A DNA stretch of 63,600 nt, counting the filler, from Choristocarpus tenellus KU-1152 (lineage: Eukaryota > Protista > Phaeophyceae): the NCBI GenBank assembly GCA_964200185.2. It is 11 parts of 11 records of this genome, joined end to end, with 100 filler letters (N's around TTAATTAATTAA, not from the genome) between each part and the next. Parts side by side here need not be neighbours in the genome. Positions count along the whole stretch, not along the records: positions 24,553 to 27,955 come from CAXNAD020020275.1; positions 28,056 to 34,386 come from CAXNAD020008366.1; positions 34,487 to 37,781 come from CAXNAD020020974.1; positions 37,882 to 41,042 come from CAXNAD020021863.1; 7 more parts are not named here. One strand, written 5' to 3'. Shown here in pieces: positions 24,945 to 38,593 of the stretch. Both the position numbers and the translations under genes were made by a program. Within the stretch, counting starts at the first letter, position 1; every line of letters begins with the position of its first letter. The notes under the pieces are model-generated. The model searched no databases. It worked only from the letters and a program-made list of their open reading frames with translations, and had not been told where the DNA came from.

Positions 24945-26241
24945 GTTGATGAAAGTGATCTAAAATATTTCAAAGGTTACCACCCTGTACGTTCGGGACC
25001 ATAAATCCTTTGTTGGGAGTTCGATTATTCTTGTTGCTATCTTCTTTGTTTGCAGATGTCAATATCTTTGCTCCGGACACGCATTTTATCTTTGTATATA
25101 TATTCCGTAACTGTGTTTGCACAGTTAACTGAAAAGGGCACAAATAACCCGTGGGTATCCAAGGCCTTAAAGAACAAACAGGGCTAAACTCCTACCCTCG
25201 TAAATGATTTGTCCCACTGTCTAATGTGTGGTCAATACGTTTTCCTTTGGATGGTAAATGCTTATGGTGGAGGAATAGTTGAGTTTATAATCAGAGTATG
25301 TGGCTCTCCTATTTAGAAATGCTCAGCTGATGCAACATTTTTCAGGTGATGAGGTGCTTCAGATAGCTCCAACATCTGGGTTGACACCAATATCAGTATT
25401 TGAAGATTTTAGATCTGTGTTGGATTGTATAGTTGTAAGGCCAGGAGCTAAGTAAAATGGGAAATGCATCAATTCGGAGGAGGGGTTCACATTGAGCTTG
25501 GTATTTACCAGGGTTTAACTAGTTTCTGATGTTGGAGTTTGGATCTTGCAAAGACATGACTAGGTTAGTTGATATCTAATGTCAGTCGTGTATTTTCCGT
25601 TTGCACATCGATGCTACGTGTTTGCTTTGGAAGGTAGGCTTGTGGTAATAGTTCATCCCAATTTCTTTAACATCATCGTTAACACTTGTGCTGAACCCAT
25701 ATACCACATTGAGTTCTGCAGTTGTGAGAATGCAAAGTTTGTGTTGGGGATAACTGTGTTGGTCAGTATGAATGACCAACCCTAGGGTGATGACGGGAGC
25801 TACAAAAGGCTTGCTTTTTGTAGCATCCAGTTTGTAGGTTGCATTATTAGTACCAATGCCAAGATCATAATGGCCGAGTTGTAAGAACTTCAGAGCCACC
25901 CAAACCTGGATTCTGCGCTAATGTAACTCTGGTCCAAATTGTGTCCCTGCACAGTCTTATCAATGATGCAATATACCATAACATGGTTGCTGCTCCAGTG
26001 CAACCATGACCTAGATCCAGTCCTCACTTTAGTGTTTATAGTATTGACCTCGAACACCATTGAGCCAATCAGAAAAAATCGACTTAAATTACCTCAGGAC
26101 TCACTGCTACTGAGTAACCAGCATTGGTGTTATGGCACTGACGATTTAAGCATTTTCTGTGTACACCCTCTACCACAGGCAAATAATTGTCATGAACCCT
26201 TACTCCTTCTACTCAACTATTCAAAGTATGAATTGTCACAA

Positions 26242-26500
26242 GAGTGAAAGCATCTTAGAGGATTCGAGTTTTGCCCTGGTTGTACATTTGGGGCTTGACT
26301 TCCCACAGGTTTTTTTATGGTGTTTTCCTACTCCAAAATGTTTAAGAGTAGAAAAAATGTATATGCAATGAAAAGGTGTGTATGGAACAAGGATATTGAC
26401 ACTTCTTAACAAACATGATAGCCAAAATTGTATCAAAATTGCAACATTGGATTTTTGCCCCCAAACGGACGAGGCTCTACCCTCAAAGATAATTTGACTC
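26242..26500. mobile_element. MITE family A (~260 bp)
   Basis: TIRs GAGTGAAAG(C)ATCTTAGAG ... CTCAAAGATAATTTGACTC; TSD ACAA/ACAA. Confidence 0.9.
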
Positions 26501-26701
26501 ACAATTGTGACAACTACATTGACTTCACTGGTGGCCCCAGCTTCCCTATATACAAGGCCTTGGAAACAGTACAAAACGTAATCCCGAACATGGTGATATT
26601 GGAATTAGGAGTTAACGTTGTTGCTTCCTCGGAAAAATTGCACTGTATGCTGGAGGAATCCAACAGGAAGAATGAACAACTTGTTGGAGAGTTGACAACT
26701 A

Positions 26702-26960
26702 GGGTGAAAGTATCTTAGAGGGTACGTGTTTAGCCCTGTTTGTCCATTTAGGGCTTGGCTTTCCACGGGTTCATAATGACACCTTACCTACTCCAAAATG
26801 TTTCGGAGTAGGTAAAATGTATACGTTATGAAAAGGAGTGTCTGGAGCAAGGTTATTGGCATTTCCTAACAAACATGATGGCCAAAATTACATCAAAATT
26901 GCAACATTGGATTTTGGCCTCCAAATGGACGCGGCTCTGCCCCCTAAGATACCCTGACAT
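26702..26960. mobile_element. MITE family A
   Basis: Homologous to the other copies; right end degenerate. Confidence 0.85.
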
Positions 26961-27955
26961 CTATGAGGTGAGAAGAACAGCAATAATAAAATTGTGATTC
27001 TTCACAAACATGGTGACGAGGAAGTGATGTCAACTGTGATTTGAGTCAACGTAAATGAGAAGTACCCAAATTTCCGCTTTATATGCAAATAGCTACATGA
27101 ACTTTCTGAAGTCTGTCGAAAATATTGAAACAATGAAGAAATCAATGCTCTCATTCCAAACTTAGCACGTCATCAATAGAAATATGGATGAATTGAAAAA
27201 GATCGAAAACTGGCTTAAAATGGAAATCGCCCAAATCCTGAGCACCTCTGGTTTACTATGACTCTTTCGAGAAAGCTCATCTCCATTTGAGAACCGAGGC
27301 TGTGCTTCTTAATGGGAAACGACGGCTACTGAGTGATGCATTCTGCATTGTATACGCTCTTGCAGTAATAGTCAAATGTGCTTTTTTGAGGCAATGTTGA
27401 TCAGGTTAAAGAAATAGTTTGTTGTTTTCCTGTCCATCAATTTAAGGTACGACAGGATAGTGATTGATCAGCTATTCGTATGTGCACACCTACATGAATG
27501 CAGGAAAGAAGTTACTCAGCAATCTCTTCGGCCTGGCTGTTATATATAGTGTCATTATGTGTTATCAAGGCTACTCCTACCCTATCTAGCCTGCTTTCAC
27601 TGGCATTGAGTCGAATTACTTTCCCTCCATACTTTCTCTTCTCTGCAGCCGGGGGTTCAAGAAATAATAAGTAATATTGTAGAGTTAGCAAGAATCCATC
27701 CGGTGAGCATCAGTGGAATTCCTCATTTGTTTAATCCCTATGTGGTTTCGGATACGGGGGAAAGGTGTTAGAAACCAAGTCCTTGAAAAAATAAAAGAGA
27801 CAAGAACCTGCATTCCCCTTCTGACTTTTGTTGAGTACTTAGAGTACTAATTACAGAGATTTACAAACCTTATGAAGCTACGAACCAGACAAAGATGTGT
27901 TAAAGCACCGTCCAAGATAAATGTGGGGAAGACAGGGTCAAAGTATCTGGGGGGG

Positions 27956-28055
27956 NNNNNNNNNNNNNNNNNNNNNNNNNNNNNNNNNNNNNNNNNNNNT
28001 TAATTAATTAANNNNNNNNNNNNNNNNNNNNNNNNNNNNNNNNNNNNNNNNNNNN
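27956..28055. other. Artificial contig linker
   Basis: Same 100-nt cassette. Confidence 0.98.
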
Positions 28056-31000
28056 CGCGCCCCCCCTTACACACCCCCCCCCCCCCCCCCCCCCCCCAGA
28101 TACTTTGACCCAACCAGTTTAATACAGAGAACCAAAGCACTTTATGTCTCCTTTTGTATGTTGAAGGTGGTAGTGTTGACCTGATTGTTTTCATCATTGT
28201 GTGAGGGGTGGGGACCTATCATAGCTACCGACCACCACGGTGAACACCCCTTTCATTGTGTGGTGTTCTTGGAAATGTTTCAGACATGACCAGCAAGTTG
28301 GAATGGGGTCTTGTGTGGCTATGATGATAGTTCAGCTATGGTCTGGAGGGACTTTTTGAATGAAATTCTGTGTATACAATGATGTTGTTGCTTTGGTATC
28401 ATTGGAAAACAGCAGAAAGCGTTTCTGCAACTCTCCCCTACTCCCCCGACTTCTTCATTGCCTGAACAAAGGAGTGACCAAAACATGATGGCACAAGCTT
28501 GGCTTGGTCATGTCCAGTCCTCCCCTGCGGTTTGAACAGAGCTGTGATGTAGTAGATGACCTCAGGTTATGTGTTTGGCATGCGTATGTTTGTGTGAGTC
28601 AATGTTTTTGGGGTCACGGCTTGAATGAGTTGAGGAAGATGGCCACAGTGATTGTGCTGAATGTCTCACCTCACGTAGTTTTTCGCGTTCCCATTTGGGT
28701 TAGGGTTAGGGTTAGTGAGCGATGTATGAGGTCAATAATATGGTGTATCTTGGGTGATAAGCAGACTATTTACTTTGCAAAATATTGAGGTCAAGATCTG
28801 CAGGCATTTTTTATTGTTTTTATTGTTGTTGTTGTTGTGTAAGTGCTTTCGTAGTCGCATCCCTTACCTCTCTATGTTGGTATTGCTCAAACACGTTTGG
28901 GTTGTGGAGTGCTCATCACCCGAGAAATTTCTGATGAGTGCCTGTAGATGCATGAATTGTCAGCAAACAATCGTCTTGATTACAAATCTCATTATGAATA
29001 TCCATCCAGGTAATGGTGTTCCCAGTGCTATGCATTGATTGACATTTGTACAAGCGGAGACCTCTGGAGACACGACTCAGAATGCATGGCAACAATACTT
29101 TGTCAAAAGCTTGACTCAAGACTTAATATGTTATCTACCATGCGCCGAGGAGCAACTTCTATGTGGGGCGGAGAGGGGCAGGGCATTGAAGCAAGCCTGT
29201 GTGAAAGGTTATTTGTGGTGTTATGAGTCATGGTGGTAGAATCACTACCATTCAATAATGTTGTGATCGGTTAAACCGAAAATTAAGGGGTAATTTTTCG
29301 ATTGGTAATTTCTCGCGCATATGTATCATCTGCTAGCGAAGCTCTTCTGCTCACTTGATGCACGATTGTCTTACATTGAAGTATGTCAAAAAAAATTTAT
29401 CTGACTCAACAACTTACGGCTATAAATGCTTTCGATTTAAAGTACTAATTAGTCGAAGTATGAGCAACTCTGGAGAGTATATTTTTTGAGCAGTTTCTTT
29501 TCTAAGAGTTTATGAACAGATAGTAGTGAGGGTGCCACTATTGAAGAGTTTTGGGACACAAAAGGGGTATCTGGGGAGGTAGCGGTGAGCTGAGGTTATG
29601 GATACCAACATGAGACACTCATTGATGTCTGGCTGGCAAATTACCCTCTGCACAATTATGGCATATCCTACATTCAGGCACTTCCTACTAATGTAAATAG
29701 CCTCATTGCCTCTCAGGTGGTGTTTCCGTAAGGAGTCACCCTCTGTGTGCGTTCCTTGTCTGGTGCTGGTTGTGTGTGCATCACCTGTTTGTAGGCATCT
29801 GTCAGCACATCCAAAGTAACCATTCACTCGGCAATTCATGAACGTTGGTGTGTTAAGCACGCTACGCTTTTTCCTGTTTTCTTTGGACCAAAGGTCAGAG
29901 TTGTACAACAGTCATTGCTCAAGAACTCAGAATGGTTTCCTGACATTTGTTTTTTTTGTGATATGTATGTAGTGACGGGCAACCATTTGGGGGCTGTGTT
30001 AGTTCACCCGGCATGCACTCCACCACATTTGTAGTCATGTACTATAGATAAGAGTGGCTCCTCCTCAATATTTCAAAGGCATCCGTTCTCAGCGTATCTT
30101 ATGTACTTTCGTTCCTGTGTTTTATTTTGATATACCCATTTATTGCTGGTTCTCCTTTTGGCTCAGATTTTTCGCGACAAGGAGTAGGTTGAGTTTTTGG
30201 TGGGGCCTTCCTGGGAGCGGTCAATGATGGACATATTATAATCATAGATACGGAAATATGGTACAAGTTTGTTGCCTGCTCCACAAGTTTATAAAACATC
30301 TGAAATTTTAGACGACTTTTTTTTTCTCTTCATACATCGGTAGTGACCTGAACCTTCCCCATAGGTTAGGTTTGAGGAAATGGGTCGGTTTGCATTTGTG
30401 TATGGGACGCGGAAAGGTGATACTGTGTAGTACACAACAAGAGGTCTCAACAAGTCTATTCGTGGAACAAGGTGTGTGGGGTTGAACCTGTCCTGTGCAA
30501 GGAAGATGCGCCATGGGGGGGAAGTGAGATGCTGGTATAGCATCTGGCTCACACTCCGCCTCAAGTGTTTGATGTAAGTGAGTGTGGAGTTTACTGGTAA
30601 CTACAACAAACCTCACAGGGGTCTTCTCCATAGCTCAACAACGAGATGCATTCTTTTGCCGAGTTTGAAGGCAAAATTTTCATGCTCCAGGTGAGGAATA
30701 GGGAGGATGTTTTTGCTCAGAGGCTTGTGCTGGATGGGCATTGAGCTATTCCCCATCCGCAGTCTTGTTGTCTGAATCCAGGGAGTATGTGTAGGAAGAG
30801 GAGCTAACTGAGGTCGTTCACAGAGCAAAATAGCCCATGTTCATAGAGCAGAGGAAGTGTAGTTTCAGGGGCAACACAAGGGTCACAGTGGTGTTTTTCA
30901 CTTTTCGGTGTGCAGCCTGGAATGAAACGCCAGAGTAGCAGAAAGTGTCCAAGTTTGTCAAATTGCAGACATCACCTTTCTGTGTGCATCCATGAAATGT

Positions 31001-32030
31001 GATTATGGTTCATAACCCACATCATGATGAAGTCTCCAAACGACCTCAATGTTGGTATGATGGAAGTAATGCCTTAAAGATGATTCAATATTGTCGGTGC
31101 CAGGTGGATGGAAGACAGGCTTGTCGACAATGGGTGGTGGTGCTGGGAGTGGGCAGGAATGATTGCGTAGAATATAGTGTAGTACAGAGGGTGGGCATGG
31201 TGTTGCCCAGATCGGAGATCTCTGTCGGATGTTCCAACACTTAGAAGAGAGCGTCGACTCATCCCATCGCACCCTCCCCTTCCGCCAGATGGAAAGCAAA
31301 AACAAATGTATAGCCTTTCTCTTACTCTACTAGACCCTCACCATAATCAAAGTTTTTCTTTAAATTACTATCTATGCGTCTTGCAGGTTGTTGATCTTGA
31401 GAGGCGACCGTGCTCCACTGGATATCTAACTTGCAATTTGAAACGCGACCTTTCACTCACCCATTTCGGTCGAGAAAGGGAGATTTCTGACCTTCCTTAA
31501 CACACTATTTTTGGTGCGATAAAACATACATATTAGGAGGATATGTGTAAAGGAGATTCTCTACGTTATAGGTTCGTTTGGTATCCAATCACACTTCATT
31601 CTCTTTCTTATTGTTTTTTCTAGGAGTATGTGTATAATAAAATTGTATAGATTCCAAACTTTGGTATCTTTTCGATTTACAGAATCAAGGTCTGTTCTAC
31701 AAACCAATAAACAATAACCGCCATGTCATCAGACGCACAAAATTGAGTAAAGACGTCATACTAAGATCTAGTCATGAGTGTGGTTCCTGCTAGAAACATA
31801 GTATTGTTTAGTATATGAAGAAAAAAAAAGGGAATGGGACACCTGTACACCTGTCGTTCATGGCGCGAGGAATCACAAGGAGCACTTTTACATCCCAAAT
31901 CGCCCTTGATACCTTGACCAACGTAACAACCTGATATCCTAGTTGCGTGGCTTTGCTGGGGGTGGTTCGCCAAGATTGACGCCTCTGACTAGGTGGCAAT
32001 CTCAGTCGGTGTCGAAAATTCTTGGAAACC

Positions 32031-34317
32031 ATGCCACCACGATCGGAGAATGCAATTGTCTCTGCAGACCCGCCATCGCCTTCATCTATCCCAAGGGATG
32101 TTAAGGAGAAGCTGAACCTGAGCGCTCTTCGGAGTCGCATTCCGAAAGAGTGAGCGAAGTTGCGGGGTGTGGAAAGTCGGGTTCATTTCAGAAGCTACCT
32201 TGTCTGTCACCATTAAGAACATCATGTCTGCGGAGGAAGCCTTCTCAAGCATGTAGTCCAATGCGTACAAACCAACATGACTTTGATTGCTTCGCTGGAC
32301 CATGACCCATGCCATCATTTTGCCTACATATGATGCACTCGATTTCTCACAGGACGATTTTAGGGGGTTCCTGTCAGTCATGCGTATGTGTCCGTCATGG
32401 TAGATGAGACCCTACTCTTACCATCAACGCAAAACATCTTCTTGGCCCTATCCGAGTTATCATGTCAGGCTGCCCTGCGGCCTCCCTGCTGTGTCTAAGT
32501 TTTCTTGATGTTGTACGTTTCTCTGCTTAGGTGTTTTGAGAAAAGCCTGCCAAAGTCGCTCTTCTACATGGTACGCGATATGGGTATTATTTTGGCCTTG
32601 CAATGGGCATTCCCTCACTATGTGGCGGGAAACTGGCCGCTAACATTCGTGTGGTGGAATGCCACAGGCTTCATGATGTGGGCACTTTTCGTTGTTGGTG
32701 AGTCACAAGAGATGTCTTGAGGGCCCACACTTACATTTGGATGTCCGACTCTCGTTGCCCTTCTGCATAAAGTGTTCGTGAACTGCAGTGCACGTGCCAC
32801 TCCTGTACAGGCGCGTTTCGAATGTATGTTTTGCACTGGAATAGTTTGCCCTCATTTTGCACCGACACTTACGACCTCTTGCTTTTCCTACCAACTTTTG
32901 CACATATGTGTCGATGCCAGTGACGAAATATTGACATAACCCAAACAACACCCAATCGGCAGGGCATGACTGTGGTCACACAACCTTCAGTGTCTACCCC
33001 TGGGTCAATGGCATGTGTGGTCACCTGTGCCATGCCCCATTACTCGTGCCGTTCTGGCCTTGGGCTAAGAGTCACAACGAGCACCATAAACATCACAACC
33101 ATGTTGAGAAGGACATGTCCTTCCCCTGGTTTGGGAAAGATCAGTACGAGGAGGATGTGAGTGATGCAACAGTTCTCTATACCTTCTTGCTCCTTAAGGC
33201 TACCTTTATAGTAGGGAGATTATTTTGTGCTTGCAGACTGTCTCAAGAGTAAGCTCATCTTTCATTGTTGATTCTTGTCCTGAAGTGGGACTACAAAGTT
33301 TCCAGTGATTAGTGTAACTGTATTGTAGTAAGAAGCCAAGGTCCAGACAGTGCTGCATGAAGCATGGTGCTGATTTGGAACCTATACCTGTACCTTTTCA
33401 AATGCTGTCTTCTGTCACAAACTGTGTTCGTCAATCTAATGATCTTCATGTGACTGGTCGTGCTGACTGTCATGGTGTACGTCATCTCTTGTCTCTGAGT
33501 GAAGACTCTGCCACAGGATCCTTTGAATGAAATCAACTCCTTCACACATCACAAGAACTGTAGCATCCCCACAATTTGTTTTGTTTATACGACAGTTACT
33601 TTGATTATAAACTTGATTCTTCCTTGCTAACAGACCGATCACTCTCCTCATGCCCCATGACCCCTACGCTCTTGCGCCCCCTGCAGTGCTACCCCATAAC
33701 CAAAATCTGGCTTCGAAGTCCATTTCACCCTTTTACATCATACTTCCTCTCCTACCTCCTGGGTGGCATGTATGATGGCTCCCACTTCAACCCATTTGGT
33801 GAACCCCCCTTCCCTCCTCTCCAATGTGTTGTGTTTGTGTGAAGAGAGCTCTTTTGTCTTGTTGCAACAAGTGCTTCAGTTGAACGCAGATGTCCAAGGA
33901 CTGGCTCTTTTTTGACTAGTACTTTGAGGGAGTCTTGATGACTTCTTGCAACTGTGTGGCGGGGATTAATACCTTGGGGGCTCTTAGCACTTTTTAATGT
34001 TGTTTTCCAATTGCAAGATGGGCAATCAATCACTATCACAACAGCCTGGTGTCCTAATGTCATTAGTTACGATGTCCTATCATTTGTTTCACCTTGGGTT
34101 ACCCTGTTGTTGCACAGGTAACCTCTGCTGGTCTCGACAGGAACAGGTCCAGACATCAGTTTCGGCAGTTTCGGTGATTGGGTTTGCTATTAGCGTTGGC
34201 TTTTTCTTTGAGTGGGACTGGACCATGATCGTGGTGAGGTACATTGTACCTTTGGGGATAATGAACTATTGGCTGGTGATGGTCACCTACCTGCAACACC
34301 ATGAGCCTGACACCAAG
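32031..34317 (+). CDS. Membrane-bound methyl-end fatty-acid desaturase (omega-3/omega-6, FAD2/FAD3 family), 3'-partial; join(32031..32149,32531..32697,32963..33156,33687..33798,34118..34317)
   Basis: Phase-consistent splicing gives LRSRIPKECFEKS, WALFVVGHDCGH (His box 1), WAKSHNEHHKHHNH (His box 2), DGSHFNP and WLVMVTYLQHH; the third His box lies beyond the contig end. Confidence 0.95.
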
Positions 34318-34366
34318 GTGTGTGTGTGTGTGTTTCAATGGGTTCTCTGAACAGGTGATGGTGTAC

Positions 34367-34386
34367 GGGGTTAGGGTTAGGGTTAG
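34367..34386 (+). repeat. Short interstitial (TTAGGG)n; others near 22668, 23885, 28697, 34627, 36876 and 44168
   Basis: 2-4 tandem TTAGGG/CCCTAA units seen directly. Confidence 0.8.
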
Positions 34387-34486
34387 NNNNNNNNNNNNNN
34401 NNNNNNNNNNNNNNNNNNNNNNNNNNNNNNTTAATTAATTAANNNNNNNNNNNNNNNNNNNNNNNNNNNNNNNNNNNNNNNNNNNN
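34387..34486. other. Artificial contig linker
   Basis: Same 100-nt cassette. Confidence 0.98.
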
Positions 34487-35119
34487 CCCATCCCCCCCCC
34501 CCCCCCCCCCCCCCCCCAGATACTTTGACCCCATACAGATCCACCCACCCAAAAAATACATAACTGACAAGAATATACAAGAATATCTGATCTGTCCTGC
34601 AACTCGCAGGCATATTTTTATGACTTCCCTAACCCTAACCCTAAAGTTAAACCCTAATCCTAAACAGCAACTGAAAAAAACAAATATAGTGTAACTGCCA
34701 CCATTCCATTTTACAACTCCTAAAATCACAAAAAATAACAAGAATATACAGTCACCGCCATCTTTCCATTTGCAACTCCTAAAATCACAAAAAATAACTG
34801 TTCCGTACCAAAATAAAAAATAAAAATCGGAGAGGAGGGTGCCACCGAGTCTTTATTTTCTTTTTTCATCAAGGGTCGCTCTGACCTTTCGTTGGTGTGT
34901 ACAGGTGGGTAGGAGCGCAAACTGTCTCTCTCTTATGAGTACACACTCATACTGCTAAAAAAGAAAAAGCAATAGTCATTCTCATCAATGCCCCGTTTAT
35001 AAAAAATATAGCTATATATAAATATATATATCTATTTTTTTGAGTGCCTTCTCATTCATCATCTACAACAAAAAATAAAAACAGAAAAAACATAATTCGA
35101 CTGCACTCTGCACACACAC

Positions 35120-37381
35120 CTGCTTCTGAAAGTTCTGCTGCCTCTCTTGAGGGGTCTTGGACATGTCTTCTGGCTTGACCTCGTAGGCTACAGTAGATGT
35201 CAACGGACACGGCATGCTGCTTGTAGTGGACACACCAATCACCTTTCAGACACACAGACACACAGACACACACACACATGTTATTATCCATAGAGAGAGA
35301 GAGAGAGAGAGAGTCACAGCCAGAAGAACAGAAAAAAAAAGTGAAAAAAAAAATCAAAACATAAGAGTAAAAAGGTTAAAAACGTTTGTTTTGGAATACA
35401 AGAGTTAAAAATAACTATTTTTCGAACAAAAAAAATACAAAAAAAAAATCTCAGAATAAATGCACAGATACATATATTTTTTTAATTACTCAACAAAACA
35501 ACACTTCATTCTAACTATGTCTACAGACCCTTCCATCAAGTAGAAACGTATCAACCAGGGAGAAAAAAAAAAATTAAAAGAGAAAATGAAAGGAGACATC
35601 GATGTGTTGTCTACAGCAAAGAGCCTTCCTTATCCACAGCAGGGAAGTACGCTGTTGTTGAGCTACACTAAAATGAACAATAAATAAAGATCTTACATTT
35701 TCAAAAACTAAACCATATAAAATAATAATAATAATAATAATAACACAAAAAAATCGCACGAGCAATATTCGTATCACTAAAAAAAAAATGTATCCCTCTG
35801 TGGGATCTACAAATTTGACAAAAACTTATTCACAACCACCATCAAGAGTAACACAAAAAAGAAATCGCTGATAAGCACAGGGGCGGCGGGGGGAGGGGGT
35901 TTAACTAAATCTGGTTAACAATGCCTTGCTCTGTTAAGCATCAGTTCAAACCTTTCTTTCACTTCACCCCAGCAAACCCCTTCAACAATTAATACACTCA
36001 AGTGGACAGGGTACTCTTACAGAGTAGATGCAACACTCTCAAACCTCTTGCTTTACACACAACACACAACACACACACACAACACAATCGCATCCCGTAA
36101 CACCATAAAAAAATAAACAAAAAAAATACCAAAACAAAATAAAAAATGGACCTACACTTCAAAGAATAAAAACACCATAATAATGCCTTCCAATTGTGAT
36201 ATAAACCCCAGTTTCACCAGAGTAGTAGCATGTCACCGTCTCCTAGACAGCATAAAAAAGGTACATCCCATATCGTCTTTCATCTCATGATGTAAAAGGA
36301 CTTACACAAACATGCCTATCAACATCCCTATCCTTGCCTGTTCTTTGAGGTGCTTCTGGTCATTCCTATCCGCCAGCCACCACTTTGCTACCAAGTTGTC
36401 CAGCTGCATGCGTTCAAAAACCTGTACAAGAAAGGTACATCAAAAATGTACACAAAAAAGTACATCAAAAATCTGTACACAAAAATGTACACAAAAAGGT
36501 ACATCAAAAGTGGAAATAAAAAGGTACATCAAAAACATGTACACAAAAAGGTACATCAAAAACCTGTACACAAAAATGGAAATAAAAAAGATGCATCAAA
36601 AACCTGTATTTAAAAGGTACACCGAAATAGAAAATAAAAACGTACATCAAAAATCAGCACAAAAAAGGTGTATCAAAATGGAAAATAAAAAGGTACACCA
36701 GTAGACAGACGCCTGTACGTACACACTACACATACACAACCCAAGTAAAAAAGAACCAGCTACAGCGAGGCCCTTGATGTTTTCTACATACACCAACGGA
36801 CATCAAGAGGACATCAAAACAGCCTTCAACAACATTGACATCAATGTACTAAGCCTTCAACAACTTACTCACCCCAACCCTAACCCTTGAAAACAAACTA
36901 ATGAGGTACTCCACCCTAACCCTACCTGCCACTAGCCACAACCTTCGGCACCATAATGCACCACCATAACCCTAACAACATCCACCCAAGGAAACTACTA
37001 TGTAAGAACATCACACACACAAACACACAAGTTCTATACCCACACTTCCTCGGTACTTGCCTGAGAAACAATTCATTCCCCATGTACATACAAACACACA
37101 CACAATACAGCACAACACAACACAACACAACACACACACAGAGACACGAAAGCAAAAACCTTCCTAACAAAAAAAACAAACTCAAAAACCAAAGGGAAAA
37201 ACAGCCTTTCCAGAACAAATACAAGCACTACATACTAAGAATAAAAATACATAAACACACACACACACATATATACACATATATACACATATATACATAC
37301 AGTTTGAGTGTCACCTCTAACCCTAACCTTATTCACAGGAACGTTCTCGCGCTCGTATGCCGTGATACGGATGTTCACAAC
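35120..37381 (-). CDS. Scattered small exons of an unknown gene (e.g. 37328..37381 VVNIRITAYERENVPVNK; 36306..36421 VFERMQLDNLVAKWWLADR...)
   Basis: AG/GT-bounded open segments of higher complexity within GT/T-rich intron-like DNA. Confidence 0.4.
36415..36700. repeat. Minisatellite built on AAAAAGGTACATCAAAA(ACCTGTACAC/TGGAAAT)
   Basis: About ten variable 20-40-nt units seen directly. Confidence 0.9.
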
Positions 37382-37589
37382 CTGAACCAAAGAGGAAGCA
37401 ATCGACCAATCAGAGCCGTCAATTGTTTGGGGTTTTTTTCTTAAGGAAGTCAGTCGCGATGAGCAAGACCCGACGGAACCATTGGTTGTTTCTTTTTGTT
37501 TCTTATATTCACCAGGACAGGACACACATTCCAAGTCAATTAATCAATCAATTACATCAGAGAGAGGCATCACCACCACAAATAATAAA

Positions 37590-37698
37590 TATATATACAT
37601 ACATACACATACATACATACATACATATACACATACATACATACATATACATACATACATACATACACATACATACATACATACATATACACACACAC
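37590..37698. repeat. (CATA/CA/TA)n microsatellite
   Basis: Seen directly. Confidence 0.95.
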
Positions 37699-37781
37699 AA
37701 AAGTGATACCACAATTCACCAAATGCTCTTTCTGCAATTACTATTGCAAAAAATGACCTACTACTCCCCCCTCTCTCTCTG

Positions 37782-37881
37782 NNNNNNNNNNNNNNNNNNN
37801 NNNNNNNNNNNNNNNNNNNNNNNNNTTAATTAATTAANNNNNNNNNNNNNNNNNNNNNNNNNNNNNNNNNNNNNNNNNNNN
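37782..37881. other. Artificial contig linker
   Basis: Same 100-nt cassette. Confidence 0.98.
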
Positions 37882-38366
37882 AATAGATACCACATGAACC
37901 ACGTGTATGATTTTCCCCATTCACAATAATTAATCCCTGTTTGCAACTTGCGACACTCTGCACCCTCCCGCCCCTTGATAACCCATATATTCCATCAAGG
38001 CAATAGATTTGGTCGAACCATTATGTCACATCCGTGCCTTCCCTTCATGCCGACAACACGAATCACAGTATGATCGCTCATACGCACCTCTTGATCGACC
38101 GCACAAAGTCCGTGCGGTCTTGCAACCATCGCCCTCTATTTTTCAGAGGTCTGCCAATCGGCAAACTAACCAAAACTCCAAGTTTTAGGTATCATCACAC
38201 ACTGCCATCCATCGTTACCAAATACTCCTTACAGCAATAGCTATCACTTATCAATACAAAGAAAATGCAATCACATAGAATAGGTCACAGCACAATGCCT
38301 CGGTGCCGACACTAACTCCAACACGTACCGCCCCTCCCCTCATACGCACAACCACCAAGACCCTTA

Positions 38367-38575
38367 GAGTCAAAGTATCTTAGAGGGTAGAGCTGCGTCC
38401 ATTTAGGGACCAAAATCCAATGTTGCAATTTGATGTTATTTTGGCTATCATGTTTGTTAGGAGATGTCAATAACCTTGTTCTGGACACTNNNNNNNNNNA
38501 TTAGAAACCCATGAGAAGCCAAGCCCCAGATGGACAAACAGGGCAAAAATCGTACCCTCTAAGGTACTTTCACTC
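38367..38575. mobile_element. MITE family A (opposite orientation, internal N gap)
   Basis: GAGTCAAAGTATCTTAGAGGG ... CCCTCTAAGGTACTTTCACTC. Confidence 0.88.
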
Positions 38576-38593
38576 TTAGGATTGGGCGGACAG

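Noticed and set aside
25300-31500. Short ORFs in contigs 4 and 5 as genes
   Set aside because: No recognisable motifs or consistent splice model; probably decayed elements or non-coding DNA.
34367-34386. True telomere at the contig end
   Set aside because: Only ~3 units, located inside an intron of a desaturase that still lacks its third His box.
36312-36704. Lys/Tyr-rich ORFs, or a CRISPR-like pattern
   Set aside because: Translation of an intronic minisatellite; the sequence between repeats is itself repetitive.
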